Positions 18,888 to 30,462 of a stretch of DNA of 64,000 nucleotides are shown here, piece by piece. The position numbers were made by a program, and so were the translations under genes. This DNA is from an uncultured Acidimicrobiia bacterium. GTDB lineage: Bacteria > Actinomycetota > Acidimicrobiia > Spongiisociales > ZC4RG35. The stretch lies in assembly GCA_963772815.1 (NCBI GenBank), contig CAVYYV010000005.1, forward strand, positions 318,626-382,625, given 5' to 3'. Position 1 is the first letter of the stretch, and each line of letters opens with the position of its first letter. The notes under the pieces were generated by a model. The model ran no database searches. It was not told the origin of the DNA and saw only the letters and a program-made list of their open reading frames with translations.

Positions 18888-19706
18888 CGCTCCCCGGCCA
18901 CCACCGACCGGATCTTCTGTGGCGAGGCGGCCACGATGACTCAGACGCAGGTGGCGGACAAGTCGGTGGCCCTGGTGGTCACATCGCCGCCTTATTTCAC
19001 CGGCAAGGAGTACGAGCAGGATCTCGGCTCGGGCCACGTGCCGGCCAGCTACGTGGAGTACCTCGAGTCTCTGTACGAGACCCTGGCCGTGTGCGTCGAC
19101 AAGCTCGAACCGGGAGGCCGCATGGCGATCAACGTGGCCAATCTGGGCCGCAAGCCGTACCGGTCCCTGTCCGCCGACTTGATCGCGATCCTCCAGGATG
19201 ATCTGGGCCTACTCATGCGGGGTGAGATCGTGTGGCAAAAGGCCAAAGGAGCGGGCGGCTCGTGCGCCTGGGGATCGTTTCGCTCACCCGCCAACCCGGT
19301 CCTGCGGGACCTGACCGAGCGGGTTCTGATCGCCTCGAAGGGCCGATTCGATCGAGCTCTGAGCCGTCGGCGGCGCCAGGAACTGGGCCTGCCCCATGTG
19401 GCCACGATCGAGACCGAAGACTTCCTTCAGGCCACCCTCGACGTGTGGGAGATACCGGCTGAATCGGCCACCCGGATCGGCCACCCTGCTCCCTTCCCGG
19501 TCGACCTGCCCCGGCGCCTCATCGAGCTCTATACCTACCAAGGAGACCTGGTCCTCGACCCCTACATGGGATCGGGTTCGACTGCCGTCGCCGTCGTTGC
19601 CACGGAACGCCACTACGTCGGCTTCGACACCAACCCCGACTACGTGGCACTGGCGGAGGAGCGCCTCTCCCATTTTGGCGCGACATCCAGGCCATCGACG
19701 CCCTGA
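18888..19706 (+). CDS. DNA methyltransferase (beta-class amino-MTase, SPPY motif; N4-cytosine or N6-adenine)
   Basis: ORF 18483..19706. Conserved part ...TDRIFCGEAATMTQTQVADKSVALVVTSPPY (motif IV SPPY) and C-terminal DPYMGSGSTAVAA (motif I FxGxG-like), i.e. the circular-permuted beta-class order. Start assigned to the GTG at ~18888 upstream of RIFCGEAA; ATG at 18936 is an alternative. Confidence 0.7.
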   Translation, partial: RSPATTDRIFCGEAATMTQTQVADKSVALVVTSPPYFTGKEYEQDLGSGHVPASYVEYLESLYETLAVCVDKLEPGGRMAINVANLGRKPYRSLSADLIAILQDDLGLLMRGEIVWQKAKGAGGSCAWGSFRSPANPVLRDLTERVLIASKGRFDRALSRRRRQELGLPHVATIETEDFLQATLDVWEIPAESATRIGHPAPFPVDLPRRLIELYTYQGDLVLDPYMGSGSTAVAVVATERHYVGFDTNPDYVALAEERLSHFGATSRPSTP

Positions 19707-20186
19707 ATGTCGCGCGAAAAGCTCTTGCGGGTCCTGGTGGTGTGTCTGGGCAACATCTGTCGGTCGCCGGCCGGTGAGGCTGCGCTGATCGAGGCCGCCG
19801 CCGACGCGGGAATGGACCTGGAGGTGAGCTCGGCCGGGACCGGTGCATGGCACACGGGCGACGGCAGGCATCCCCAGATCATCGCCGCCGGGCGCCGGGT
19901 CGGCCTGGACATAGGGGGAAGGGCCCGTCAGATCGCCACGCCCGAGGAGCTGGCCCCCTTCGACCTGATCTTGGTGATGGACCACTCCAACCTGGTTGCG
20001 GTCGAATCCATGGCCCCCGAGCTGGCCGCTCGGGTGCACTATTTCCGCGCCTTCGACGGCACCGATCAAGATGAGGTCGAGGACCCCTACGGCCGCGCCG
20101 ACCACGCCTACGACGAGACCGTACGGGTGGTGCGCGCGGCCGCCAGGGGGATCGTCGCCGCCATCACCGACGGCCGACTTCCGTGA
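19707..20186 (+). CDS. low-molecular-weight protein-tyrosine phosphatase
   Basis: 159 aa. P-loop VCLGNICRSPAGEA (CX5R-S) and the DP motif (EDPYG) of LMW-PTPs. ATG immediately follows the methyltransferase stop. Confidence 0.88.
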   Translation: MSREKLLRVLVVCLGNICRSPAGEAALIEAAADAGMDLEVSSAGTGAWHTGDGRHPQIIAAGRRVGLDIGGRARQIATPEELAPFDLILVMDHSNLVAVESMAPELAARVHYFRAFDGTDQDEVEDPYGRADHAYDETVRVVRAAARGIVAAITDGRLP

Positions 20187-20908
20187 GCTGGGCCCGGATG
20201 AGCCGCTCCACTGTGGGCGGCCGCCCGGTGGTGGTCAAGGAGACCGACTACCAGGCCCACCTCGAAGCGGATGGCTTGCGGGCTCTCCGGGAGGCCGGTG
20301 CTCCCGTTCCCGACGTGATAGAGGTCTCAGCCACTCGCTTGGTCATCGCCGAGGTGGGGGGACCGCCCGACTGGGAGGGATTGGGCCGGGCTCTTGCCCG
20401 ATGCCACGGCGCCACGGCCGATGCCTATGGATATTCGGCCGACAACGTCATCGGCCCTCTCCCCCAGGTCAACACCTGGACCACGGATTGGGCAGATTTC
20501 TACGGCCACCATCGTCTCGGACCTCACCTGGAAGCCCTTCCATCAGACCTTCGCCACCGACTCGGCGCGGCGATCGAGGATGGGAGGCTGGCCGGCCTGC
20601 TCGAGCACGGGCAACCACCGTCCCTGATCCACGGGGACCTGTGGTCGGGCAACATCGTCTCCGGACGATGGCTGATCGACCCGGCGGTCTGTTTCGCCGA
20701 CCGGGAGATGGATCGGGCATTCGCCGACCTGTTCGGCGGCATCCCCCCTTCTATGTGGGACGCCTACGAACAGGTCTGGCCTCTCGACCCGGGCTGGGAG
20801 CTACGCAAGCCGGCCCTCCAGCTGTATCACCTCCTGATCCACGTGAGCCTGTTCGGCGGTGGATACGGGTCGATGGTCGCGCAGCGACTGGATCGGCTCG
20901 GTTGGTGA
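20183..20908 (+). CDS. fructosamine/ketosamine-3-kinase family protein
   Basis: 241 aa with IHGDLWSGN catalytic loop and DxxxxF(A)D region of the aminoglycoside-phosphotransferase-like fructosamine kinase family. Overlaps the PTP stop by 4 bp. Confidence 0.75.
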   Translation: MSWARMSRSTVGGRPVVVKETDYQAHLEADGLRALREAGAPVPDVIEVSATRLVIAEVGGPPDWEGLGRALARCHGATADAYGYSADNVIGPLPQVNTWTTDWADFYGHHRLGPHLEALPSDLRHRLGAAIEDGRLAGLLEHGQPPSLIHGDLWSGNIVSGRWLIDPAVCFADREMDRAFADLFGGIPPSMWDAYEQVWPLDPGWELRKPALQLYHLLIHVSLFGGGYGSMVAQRLDRLGW

Positions 20909-20914
20909 GTCTGC

Positions 20915-21334
20915 CTACTCCCGGTCGGCCAGGGGGATGGCAGTGAAGGGAAGTGCCGGTCCCATGGTGACCGCCACGGGAAGGGCCACACGGACCAGCA
21001 CCGTGATCAGTACCGCCACGATCCCCGCCGCGATCCAGCGGCGGCCCAGACTGTTGGGGTCGTCGCGCCTGACCGTCACGATCGCCCCCACGGCAAAGGC
21101 GCTGATCAGCCCGCTCAGGGGATCCAGGAGGATGGCCAGAGGCCATCCGATCAGTATGGCCAGCCCCATCGCCTTGACCACTGCCATCGGCCAGTCTGGG
21201 CGGCGACTACCGAAAGCGGCCACAGCGAAAGCCAGTGGTACCAGGGCGAGGCCCAGAGCCACCCCTCCAGCCCCCTGGCCCTCAACAGAGGAGGCTAAGG
21301 GGATGAGGGTGGCCCACACCGACACCACCACCAC
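20915..21334 (-). CDS. hypothetical integral membrane protein
   Basis: 139 aa, four predicted hydrophobic helices. No domain recognised. Confidence 0.45.
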   Translation of the reverse strand: MVVVSVWATLIPLASSVEGQGAGGVALGLALVPLAFAVAAFGSRRPDWPMAVVKAMGLAILIGWPLAILLDPLSGLISAFAVGAIVTVRRDDPNSLGRRWIAAGIVAVLITVLVRVALPVAVTMGPALPFTAIPLADRE

Positions 21335-21406
21335 TCCAGTGGCACCGGTGACGGTCAGCCAGATGCGTCTCCTCGCCGATTTGCTGGCAGGTCCAGCCAG
21401 GGGCGA

Positions 21407-22354
21407 TCAGCCCTTGACGGCGCCGGCCGTCAGACCACGGACGAAGAACCGCTGCAAGGAGAAGAAGACCACCATTGGCAGGATCATCGTGATGAAAGCG
21501 CCGGCCGTGAGCAGATACCAGGACTGACCGCGCGAACCGTTCAGGGCGTTGAGGAACACCGTCAGCACCTCGACCTGCGGTGCTCCCCCCAGGAACACGT
21601 ACGCCACCAGAAAGTCGTTGAACACCCAGAGGAACTGGAAAATGGCGAAGGCGGCCAGGGCCGGCACCGAGAGAGGAACGATGAGACGGGTGAAGATCGT
21701 GAAGTGATCCGCCCCGTCTATCTCCGCAGACTCGATGATCGACGACGGCAGCGATCCGATGTAGTTGCGTAACAGGTAGATCGCCAGCGGTAACCCGAAT
21801 CCGGTGTGGGCCAGCCACACCCCCAGGAACGTGTGGTTCAATCCCAGAGCCGGGAAGATCGGTACGCCGCCGATGTTCGCTCCCAGGTTGTAGAGACGCA
21901 GGATGGGAATCAGGGCCATCTGCAGGGGCACGACCAGCAGGGCCACGACCACCACGAACAGCCATTGCCGCCCCGGGAACTCCATCCAGGAGAAGGCGTA
22001 GGAAGCGAAGGCGGCGATGGTGATGGGGATCACCGTGGCCGGGACCGCTACCACCAGGGTGTTGACGAAGGCGTTGCCGGCTCCCTCGTCGATGACGGTT
22101 CGGTAGTTTTGCAGGGTCCATTGGGTCCTGTCACCCAGGCTGCCGAACACGGTCCACCAACCCGACGTGTTGATGGCATCGGGGGTGCGGAACGAGCTGA
22201 TCAGGAGGCCGACGGTGGGAACCAGCCACAGCAGCACGACCACCAGGATGATGAAGCGGACCACCCATACACCGGCGCCCTCGCCGACGTTTCCTCCCTT
22301 GACGTCCTTGGGCGCCTGCACCTCTTTGGTGACGGGAACATCGCGGGTGGTCAT
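21407..22354 (-). CDS. carbohydrate ABC transporter permease (MalG-type)
   Basis: 315 aa, six TM segments, EAA-loop region (IESAEIDGADHFTIFTRLIVPLSVPALA). Confidence 0.85.
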   Translation of the reverse strand: MTTRDVPVTKEVQAPKDVKGGNVGEGAGVWVVRFIILVVVLLWLVPTVGLLISSFRTPDAINTSGWWTVFGSLGDRTQWTLQNYRTVIDEGAGNAFVNTLVVAVPATVIPITIAAFASYAFSWMEFPGRQWLFVVVVALLVVPLQMALIPILRLYNLGANIGGVPIFPALGLNHTFLGVWLAHTGFGLPLAIYLLRNYIGSLPSSIIESAEIDGADHFTIFTRLIVPLSVPALAAFAIFQFLWVFNDFLVAYVFLGGAPQVEVLTVFLNALNGSRGQSWYLLTAGAFITMILPMVVFFSLQRFFVRGLTAGAVKG

Positions 22355-23496
22355 CGGACGGCCTCCTCTTCACGAAACCGTCGGACGTTGAGGATCATCA
22401 CCGGTATCACCGCTATGAACATGAATACGGCGATGGCGGCGCCGTGCCCCCATTGTCGAGAGGTGAAGAACTGTTTGATCATCTCCTGGGCGACGATCTC
22501 GGTCCCGAACTGGCCCCCGGTCATCACGAACACGATGTCGAAGATCTTGAGGACGTTGATCACCATCGTGGTCAAGACCACGACGATGGTCGACATGATG
22601 TTGGGGACGACAACCCTCCAGAACACCTGGACCTCGCCCGCTCCGTCGATCCTGGCCGCCTCGATGATGTCTGTGGGCACACCCTTGATGGCGGACGACA
22701 GGATGACCATGGCGAACCCGGTCTGCATCCAGATCATGATCACCATCAGCAGCAGGTTGTTCCACGGCTCCTGTTGCAACCAGGGAACCGGATTGGCACC
22801 GACGCTGACCATGAAGCCGTTCAGCAAGCCGATCTGCTTGCCGAAGCCCTCGGGCCGGAAGTTGTACATGAACCGCCACACGATGGCGGCTCCCACGAAG
22901 GAGACTGCCATGGGAAGGAAGATCATCGACTTGGAGAACGCCTCGGTCCGCTTGAGCTTGTCGGCCAGGACTGCGAATCCCAAGCCGATCGCCGTGGCCA
23001 CGACCGGCACCACGATCACCCATCCCAGCGTGTTGCGGATCGCCCGCAACATCTCCGCGCTGCTAAACACGAAGGCGTAGTTGTCCATCCCGACGAAGGT
23101 GTCGCCGTGCGGCCCCTGGAAGCTCAACCAGATGGTGTTGATGGCCGGATAGACCAGGAAAATGATCAGGATCACCAGGGCGGGTCCCACGAATGCAAAC
23201 GGCCTGATACGGGCACCGACGTGCTCGGGGAGCAGCTTGATCAGCAGATCCATGCCCCAGTAGAGAGCGAACACACCGAATACCCCCACCACCAGGGCCA
23301 CGACGACCACCAGCAGCTTGCTGGCGTTCTGGTCTCTGAGGAAGTTGAACGACCAGGCCAGTAGGGCGAACGCAACGATAGGCACCGCCAAGGAGACGAC
23401 GATCCGTAGCAGCCCTACTCCGACGCCCTTGCCGGCGCCTCCTCCTGGAGGTGGCTTCGGCGGGGCCGGTTCCACCTCGACCGCTGGTTCAGTCAT
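22351..23496 (-). CDS. carbohydrate ABC transporter permease (MalF-type)
   Basis: ORF 22351..23541. EAA loop IEAARIDGAGEVQVFWRVVVPNIMSTIV. Start probably M16 (MTEPAV...) at ~23496. Confidence 0.82.
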   Translation of the reverse strand: MTEPAVEVEPAPPKPPPGGGAGKGVGVGLLRIVVSLAVPIVAFALLAWSFNFLRDQNASKLLVVVVALVVGVFGVFALYWGMDLLIKLLPEHVGARIRPFAFVGPALVILIIFLVYPAINTIWLSFQGPHGDTFVGMDNYAFVFSSAEMLRAIRNTLGWVIVVPVVATAIGLGFAVLADKLKRTEAFSKSMIFLPMAVSFVGAAIVWRFMYNFRPEGFGKQIGLLNGFMVSVGANPVPWLQQEPWNNLLLMVIMIWMQTGFAMVILSSAIKGVPTDIIEAARIDGAGEVQVFWRVVVPNIMSTIVVVLTTMVINVLKIFDIVFVMTGGQFGTEIVAQEMIKQFFTSRQWGHGAAIAVFMFIAVIPVMILNVRRFREEEAVR

Positions 23497-23600
23497 GTTT
23501 GCGCTCGCTCCTTCCGCCTGGTCTGCGATCCTAACCAACACGGGGCGGCCGTGACGGCCGCCCCGTGTCAGTTCTCATCGGCTCATCGACTGAGTGGCAC

Positions 23601-24941
23601 TCAGCCTGAGAAGCCGGACTGTGCCTTTTCCATCGCCGCCTGCAGGCTGTCGGGTCCGCCGGTGGCGTAATCGATCATGGCCTGCCAGAAGGTTCCCTGC
23701 CCCACGGCGGGATCCATCAGGTCGGAAGCGTCAAAGCGAGCAACCCCCTCTGCCAACGCCTGGGTGATCGTGTCGGCCGCCTGGCCGATCAACTGATCCC
23801 TGTAGCAGTCGGAACCCACCTCGATGTTGGGCGAGATGCGGGCGATGCCCTCGATCGAGCCCTGGGCGCACTGGACGTCCTTGGAGACGAATCTCTGGAC
23901 GAAGTCCAGCACCTCGGGCCGGTTGTTGAGCACCCCGGCCAGCTCGCCACCGATCAACGCTCCACCATTCCCATCGATAGTCGGGAACGGGAAGAAGTTG
24001 TAGTCCTGCAACGCCGTCACGCCTTCGGGGAAGAAGTTGGTGATGAACGTCCACAGGCCGGTCATGTAGCACGAGGGTGGATCATTGAACATCGGATCCG
24101 GCGCGTCACGGAAGTCGATCGACGGCACCTGGGCGGCGCCACCGAGGACGAATTGGTCGTTGTCGCCGAACAGAAGGTCGCCGAACGTCTTGCCGGCATC
24201 CATGATCGGCTGATCCGTGAACTTGACGTCGTTAGTGACCCACTGGTCATAGACGTCGGGACCGGCCTGACGAAGAACGATGTTCTCCATCCAGTCGGTT
24301 CCCGGCCAGCCGGTGGCAGCATCAGAGCCGAAGCCGATGCACCACGGCGTATTGCCATCCTGGACCATCTGGTCACTCAGGGCGACCATGTCGGCCCAGG
24401 TCTCAGGCGGCGTGTAACCGGCTGACTCCCAGGCTGGAACGTTGTACCAGATGGCGCTCTTGAAGTTGACATTGGTCGGGATCCCGTAGTGCTTCCCGTT
24501 GTACTCGCCGAGTGAGACGAGGTAGTCACCAAAGATCGACGTCAGGTCGTCGATGTTGTACCCGAGATCTTCCAGGGCCACCAGATTGCCGTTCTTGGCC
24601 TGCTCCACGACGGCGCCGGGCTGTGGCCAGATGGCGATGTCGGGCGGCGAACCACCCTCGATCTGGATCTGGATCTGGGACTCGAACGAGTCCGAGCCCT
24701 CGTAGGTCGCCGTGTAGTCGACCTGGTTGTTGATCTGCTCCTCGATCACCTGCTGGATGGCATCACCCTCGGCACCGGTAGGAGCACCGAAGACCGAGAC
24801 TTCGCCGGTGTTGGCACCGCCGCCACCGGTAGTCGCAGAGCCACCACTTCCGGTGGTCGTATCTGTGGTGGTGCCACCACAAGCGGCGATGACCATGGCG
24901 AGAACCACGGCCACGGCCCATAATCTGGACCTCTTCCGCAT
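23601..24941 (-). CDS. sugar ABC transporter substrate-binding lipoprotein
   Basis: 446 aa. Lipoprotein signal MRKRSRLWAVAVVLAMVIAACGG followed by a Gly/Thr linker. Family 1 extracellular solute-binding protein-like composition. Confidence 0.8.
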   Translation of the reverse strand: MRKRSRLWAVAVVLAMVIAACGGTTTDTTTGSGGSATTGGGGANTGEVSVFGAPTGAEGDAIQQVIEEQINNQVDYTATYEGSDSFESQIQIQIEGGSPPDIAIWPQPGAVVEQAKNGNLVALEDLGYNIDDLTSIFGDYLVSLGEYNGKHYGIPTNVNFKSAIWYNVPAWESAGYTPPETWADMVALSDQMVQDGNTPWCIGFGSDAATGWPGTDWMENIVLRQAGPDVYDQWVTNDVKFTDQPIMDAGKTFGDLLFGDNDQFVLGGAAQVPSIDFRDAPDPMFNDPPSCYMTGLWTFITNFFPEGVTALQDYNFFPFPTIDGNGGALIGGELAGVLNNRPEVLDFVQRFVSKDVQCAQGSIEGIARISPNIEVGSDCYRDQLIGQAADTITQALAEGVARFDASDLMDPAVGQGTFWQAMIDYATGGPDSLQAAMEKAQSGFSG

Positions 24942-25024
24942 TCTTCCTCCTCGTTGTGTCTAGTTTCTCGGCTCGAAGAGCCGCGCTCAGAGATCGTAGA
25001 TCTCCCGCCCGTCGCGAAGACGCG

Positions 25025-25040
25025 CTGTAAGCGTTTTCGG
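25025..25040. promoter_or_regulatory. Candidate LacI-family operator half-palindrome CTGTAAGCGTTTTCGG upstream of the solute-binding protein gene
   Basis: TGTAAGCG resembles the left half of TGTAAGCGCTTACA-type LacI/CcpA operators. A second TGTAAGCC lies in the lacI-glucosidase divergent region (~26160). Confidence 0.25.
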
Positions 25041-25125
25041 ACACTATGTGGACCACCGCCCCGACGTCAAGTGGGACCGGACCCCCGGCGGCCTGGCGAT
25101 GCCCCACGAGAGGCCGGACTCCTGA

Positions 25126-26142
25126 TCAGCGACGAACGCGAGCCGGCCCGGTCGATCCCCGCACGGTCAACTCCGTCGCCAGCACTGCTCGGCGAGGGAT
25201 ATCTGACTGCTCTGCCACCCTTGCCAACACCATGTCGGCCGCCCGAGCCGCCATCCCCGAAACCGGCTGGTGGACCGTGGTCAGATCGACCGCTCCCGCC
25301 ACCGAATGATCATCGAAGCCGACCACCGAGATATCGTTGGGAACCTCTAACCCCGCCCGGCGAATCGCCATCAGCGCCCCGATGGCCATCTCGTCCGAGG
25401 CGCAGAACACGGCGGTGGGAAGGTCGGGACGGCTGAGAAGCTCGGCCATCGCTTCACATCCTCCCTCGACGCTGAAACCGCCGGCCAGTTCGGTCAATTC
25501 CCCACCTCCCACCGCCTCCAGGGCTTCCATGAGCCCCTGGCGGCGGAGGGCGGCCGACTCGAACTCGAGGGACTCGTCCACACCGCCGCCGATGAAGGCC
25601 AGGCGCCGATGCCCCAAGTCCAGGAGATGCTCGGCCGCCATTCGGGCCGAGGCGACATTATCGATCAGCACCGCGTCGAACAGCCCGGTGTCGACGCCAA
25701 CCGTGGCCACGGCCATCCCGCTGTCGGCCAGGGCCTCCCACATGTCGTCGTAGAGGAAGAGGTCTATCACGACCAGGCCGTCCACCTTCTTGGAGAGAGC
25801 GGGCAAATCGGACACGAACCGCCTCATCGCCTCGGGGCCGTCGACCGTGAGCAGATGCATGTCGAGCTGGTCTCCGGACACCGCCGCCTCGATGCCCGCC
25901 AGGATGTTGCCGTAGAACCACGAGTTGACGATCGGGAGCGCCACACCGATCGTCCCGCTGCGACGGGCGGCGAGCCGGGCGGCGTGCGGATTGGCCCGGT
26001 AGTCGAGCTGATCGGCAATCTGCTGCACCCGAGCCCTGGTGCTGGGGGAGACATGAGGTAGGCCACGCAAGGCCCGGCTGACCGTCGCAACCGAGACCCC
26101 AGCCTTCTTGGCTACATCCTCGATGGTGGCGACGTCGGTCAC
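25126..26142 (-). CDS. LacI family transcriptional regulator
   Basis: ORF 25126..26259. HTH VTDVATIEDVAKKAGVSVATVSRALRG, then a periplasmic-binding-fold effector domain. Start probably the GTG at V40 (~26142). Confidence 0.85.
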   Translation of the reverse strand: MTDVATIEDVAKKAGVSVATVSRALRGLPHVSPSTRARVQQIADQLDYRANPHAARLAARRSGTIGVALPIVNSWFYGNILAGIEAAVSGDQLDMHLLTVDGPEAMRRFVSDLPALSKKVDGLVVIDLFLYDDMWEALADSGMAVATVGVDTGLFDAVLIDNVASARMAAEHLLDLGHRRLAFIGGGVDESLEFESAALRRQGLMEALEAVGGGELTELAGGFSVEGGCEAMAELLSRPDLPTAVFCASDEMAIGALMAIRRAGLEVPNDISVVGFDDHSVAGAVDLTTVHQPVSGMAARAADMVLARVAEQSDIPRRAVLATELTVRGSTGPARVRR

Positions 26143-26242
26143 CGTTGAGCGCTCATTCAGGAGTCGGAATGTAAGCCCGGACCCAAAGGGGGTCAAGAGA
26201 ACAATCCAGGACGACAAGGCCCGACCGGTACTCTCACGGACC

Positions 26243-27800
26243 ATGAACTGGTGGGCCAACGCCGTCGGCTACGAGGTGTACATCCGGTCCTTCGCCGACG
26301 GAAACGGTGACGGAATCGGCGATTTCGCCGGCATGACCGAGCGGTTGGGCCATCTCGCCTGGCTGGGTGTGGACGTGATCTGGGTCACACCCTTCTACCC
26401 GTCCCCGCAAGCCGACTTCGGCTACGACGTGATGGACTACACCGACGTCGACCCCCAATTCGGCGACCTGGAGACGTTCGACCAGGTGGTGGGGCACGCC
26501 AAGGAGCTCGGCTTGCGAGTAATGGTCGACATCGTTCCCAACCACACCTCGGATCGACACCCCTGGTTCATCCAGGCCCTGGCCGATCCCAACAGCCCAT
26601 ACCGCGACTACTACATCTTCCGCCCCCCGGGTCCCGATCGGGGGGCCTCCCAATAACTGGATCTCCAACTTCGGCGGCCCCGCCTGGACCCTCGATCCGG
26701 CCAGTGGGGAGTACTACTGCCATCTGTTCTTGCCCCAACAGCCCGACCTCAACTGGGCCAGCGAGGCGGTGCGGGCCGAGTTCGACAGCATCCTCACCTT
26801 CTGGATGGACAGGGGCGTCGACGGCTTCCGGATCGACGTGGCGCATGCCCTGATGAAACATCCCAGCTTCGCCGACAACCCTCAGATCGAGCCGTTGTCC
26901 CCGAACCCCACTCCCCGGCAGGCCTACAAGGCGTTCGACCATCTCTATGACCAGGACCAGCCCACCAATCTCGACATCTATCGCCGCTGGAAGAACCTCC
27001 CCGGCGGTTCGGAGATCTGCCTGGTGGGTGAGGTCTACCTGACCAATGCCGAGCGCAGCGCGGCATACATGAACGTGGGAGGGCTCGATTGGGCCCTGTT
27101 CTTCGCGCTCAACCGCCGGCCCTGGGATCCCGCCGCCTTCGCCGACGAGATCCGCCACTGGGTCGAAGCTGCCCCAACCGGATTCGCCTGGTCGATCGCC
27201 AGCCACGACGAGCACCGGCCCGCCACGCGCTTCGGCGGAGGCGAGGAGGGCCGTGCCCGCGCCCTGGCCCTGTGGTCCGCGTTGTCCATGCTGCCCGGCA
27301 TGCCCTTCCTGTATCAGGGGGAGGAGCTCGGCCTGGAGAACGGCCAAGTAGATCCGGCCGATGTCCAGGATCCGGTCGGCATGGAGGCGTACCAGGAGGG
27401 ACGCGATCCGTGCCGGACCCCGATGCCGTGGGAGTCGGGTCCCGGTCAGGGCTTCACGACAGCCGAGCAGGCATGGTTGCGTTGTGCTGACCGACCACCT
27501 CAGGAGACAGTGGTCGCGCAGCGCCATGATCCCGGCTCCACGCTGCACCGCTACCGGGAGCTACTGGAGGTGCGCCGAAATCTCCGGGTGGGCAGTCGGG
27601 GCACCCCAACCTGGCTCGAGGCCGGCCCCGGGGTGATCGCGTTCGAACGCCAGGACCTGGCGGCCGTGGCCAACCTGACCGACTCTCCGGTCGAATCCAA
27701 CCTCGACCCGACCTACACGCTCATCTTCGACACCGGCGTCCAAGAAGCCGCCGACGAGACGGCGGTCCCTCCACGCACTACGCGGATCTACACCCGTTGA
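26243..27800 (+). pseudogene. GH13 alpha-glucosidase / oligo-1,6-glucosidase-like, disrupted by a frameshift (ORFs 26108..26656 and 26730..27800)
   Basis: N-terminal ORF has MNWWANAVGYEVYIRSFADGNGDGIGDF...GVDVIWVTPFYPSPQADFGYDV...DIVPNHTSDRHPWF...YRDYYIFRPPGPDRGASQ-stop. The next frame reads PPNNWISNFGGPAWTLDPASGEYYCHLFLPQQPDLNW...GVDGFRIDVAHAL.... A 1-bp change in the G6 run at ~26636-26645 joins them. Start moved to ATG at 26243 (MNWW...). Confidence 0.75.
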
Positions 27801-27826
27801 GGGTGAAACACCCCCCTACCTCCCGC

Positions 27827-27916
27827 CTCCGCTTCGCTCCGGCGGCAGGGACTTTCCCCCTGCAAGCAGGGGGGCAAAGCTTTGTCCCTCACGAGCGGAG
27901 CGAGAGGGGCAAGGGG
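27827..27916. repeat. Third, inverted and extended copy of the 4413/4502 repeat element, between the convergent glucosidase and lon genes
   Basis: Reverse complement reads CCCCTTGCCCCTCTCGCTCCGCTCGTGAGGGACAAAGCTTTGCCCCCCTGCTTGCAGGGGGAAAGTCCCTGCCGCCGGAGCGAAGCGGAGG. Compare CCCTTCCCCCTCTCGCTTTGCTCGTGGGGGACAAAGGTCCCTGCCGGCGGAGCGTAAGCCGGA at 4413. Extra hairpin CCCCCTGC-TTGCA-GGGGG inserted. Confidence 0.65.
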
Positions 27917-27924
27917 ACGTCAGC

Positions 27925-30222
<2,298 letters not shown>

Positions 30223-30364
30223 AGGTTCCTCTGTGGATCTGTTTCATGGATTTCGTGGTGCCCCCCAACTCGATTTCGGACGCATCTCACCGGAGAGCAC
30301 ACAGGCCAAACGTCTCGTGAGTGGGCGATATTCCTATCCGTCACCGTCCTAAGCAAGAATCCTA

Positions 30365-30403
30365 CCTGAGACATTTATGAAATATGACATGGGGGGACTC
30401 AGG
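30365..30403. promoter_or_regulatory. Inverted repeat CCTGAGA-N25-ACTCAGG in the lon/dnaK divergent promoter region; possible HspR (HAIR-like) or other repressor site
   Basis: Arms resemble HAIR half-sites (CTTGAGT / ACTCAAG), but the spacer is 25 bp rather than 7. RBS AAGGAAAGGAA precedes the dnaK ATG. Confidence 0.25.
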
Positions 30404-30462
30404 TTGTACTGTGTGTCACGTTCTCCAATCACTCTTAGGAACCAAGGAAAGGAATCGACATC

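Noticed and set aside
18888-19706. Restriction-modification system around the SPPY methyltransferase
   Set aside because: No endonuclease-like, specificity-subunit or helicase gene is adjacent. Flanking genes are an MFS transporter and a tyrosine phosphatase. Reported as an orphan MTase instead.
30223-30462. CIRCE (HrcA) element TTAGCACTC-N9-GAGTGCTAA upstream of dnaK
   Set aside because: No convincing match found by eye. Regulation is more likely via HspR, which is encoded in the operon.
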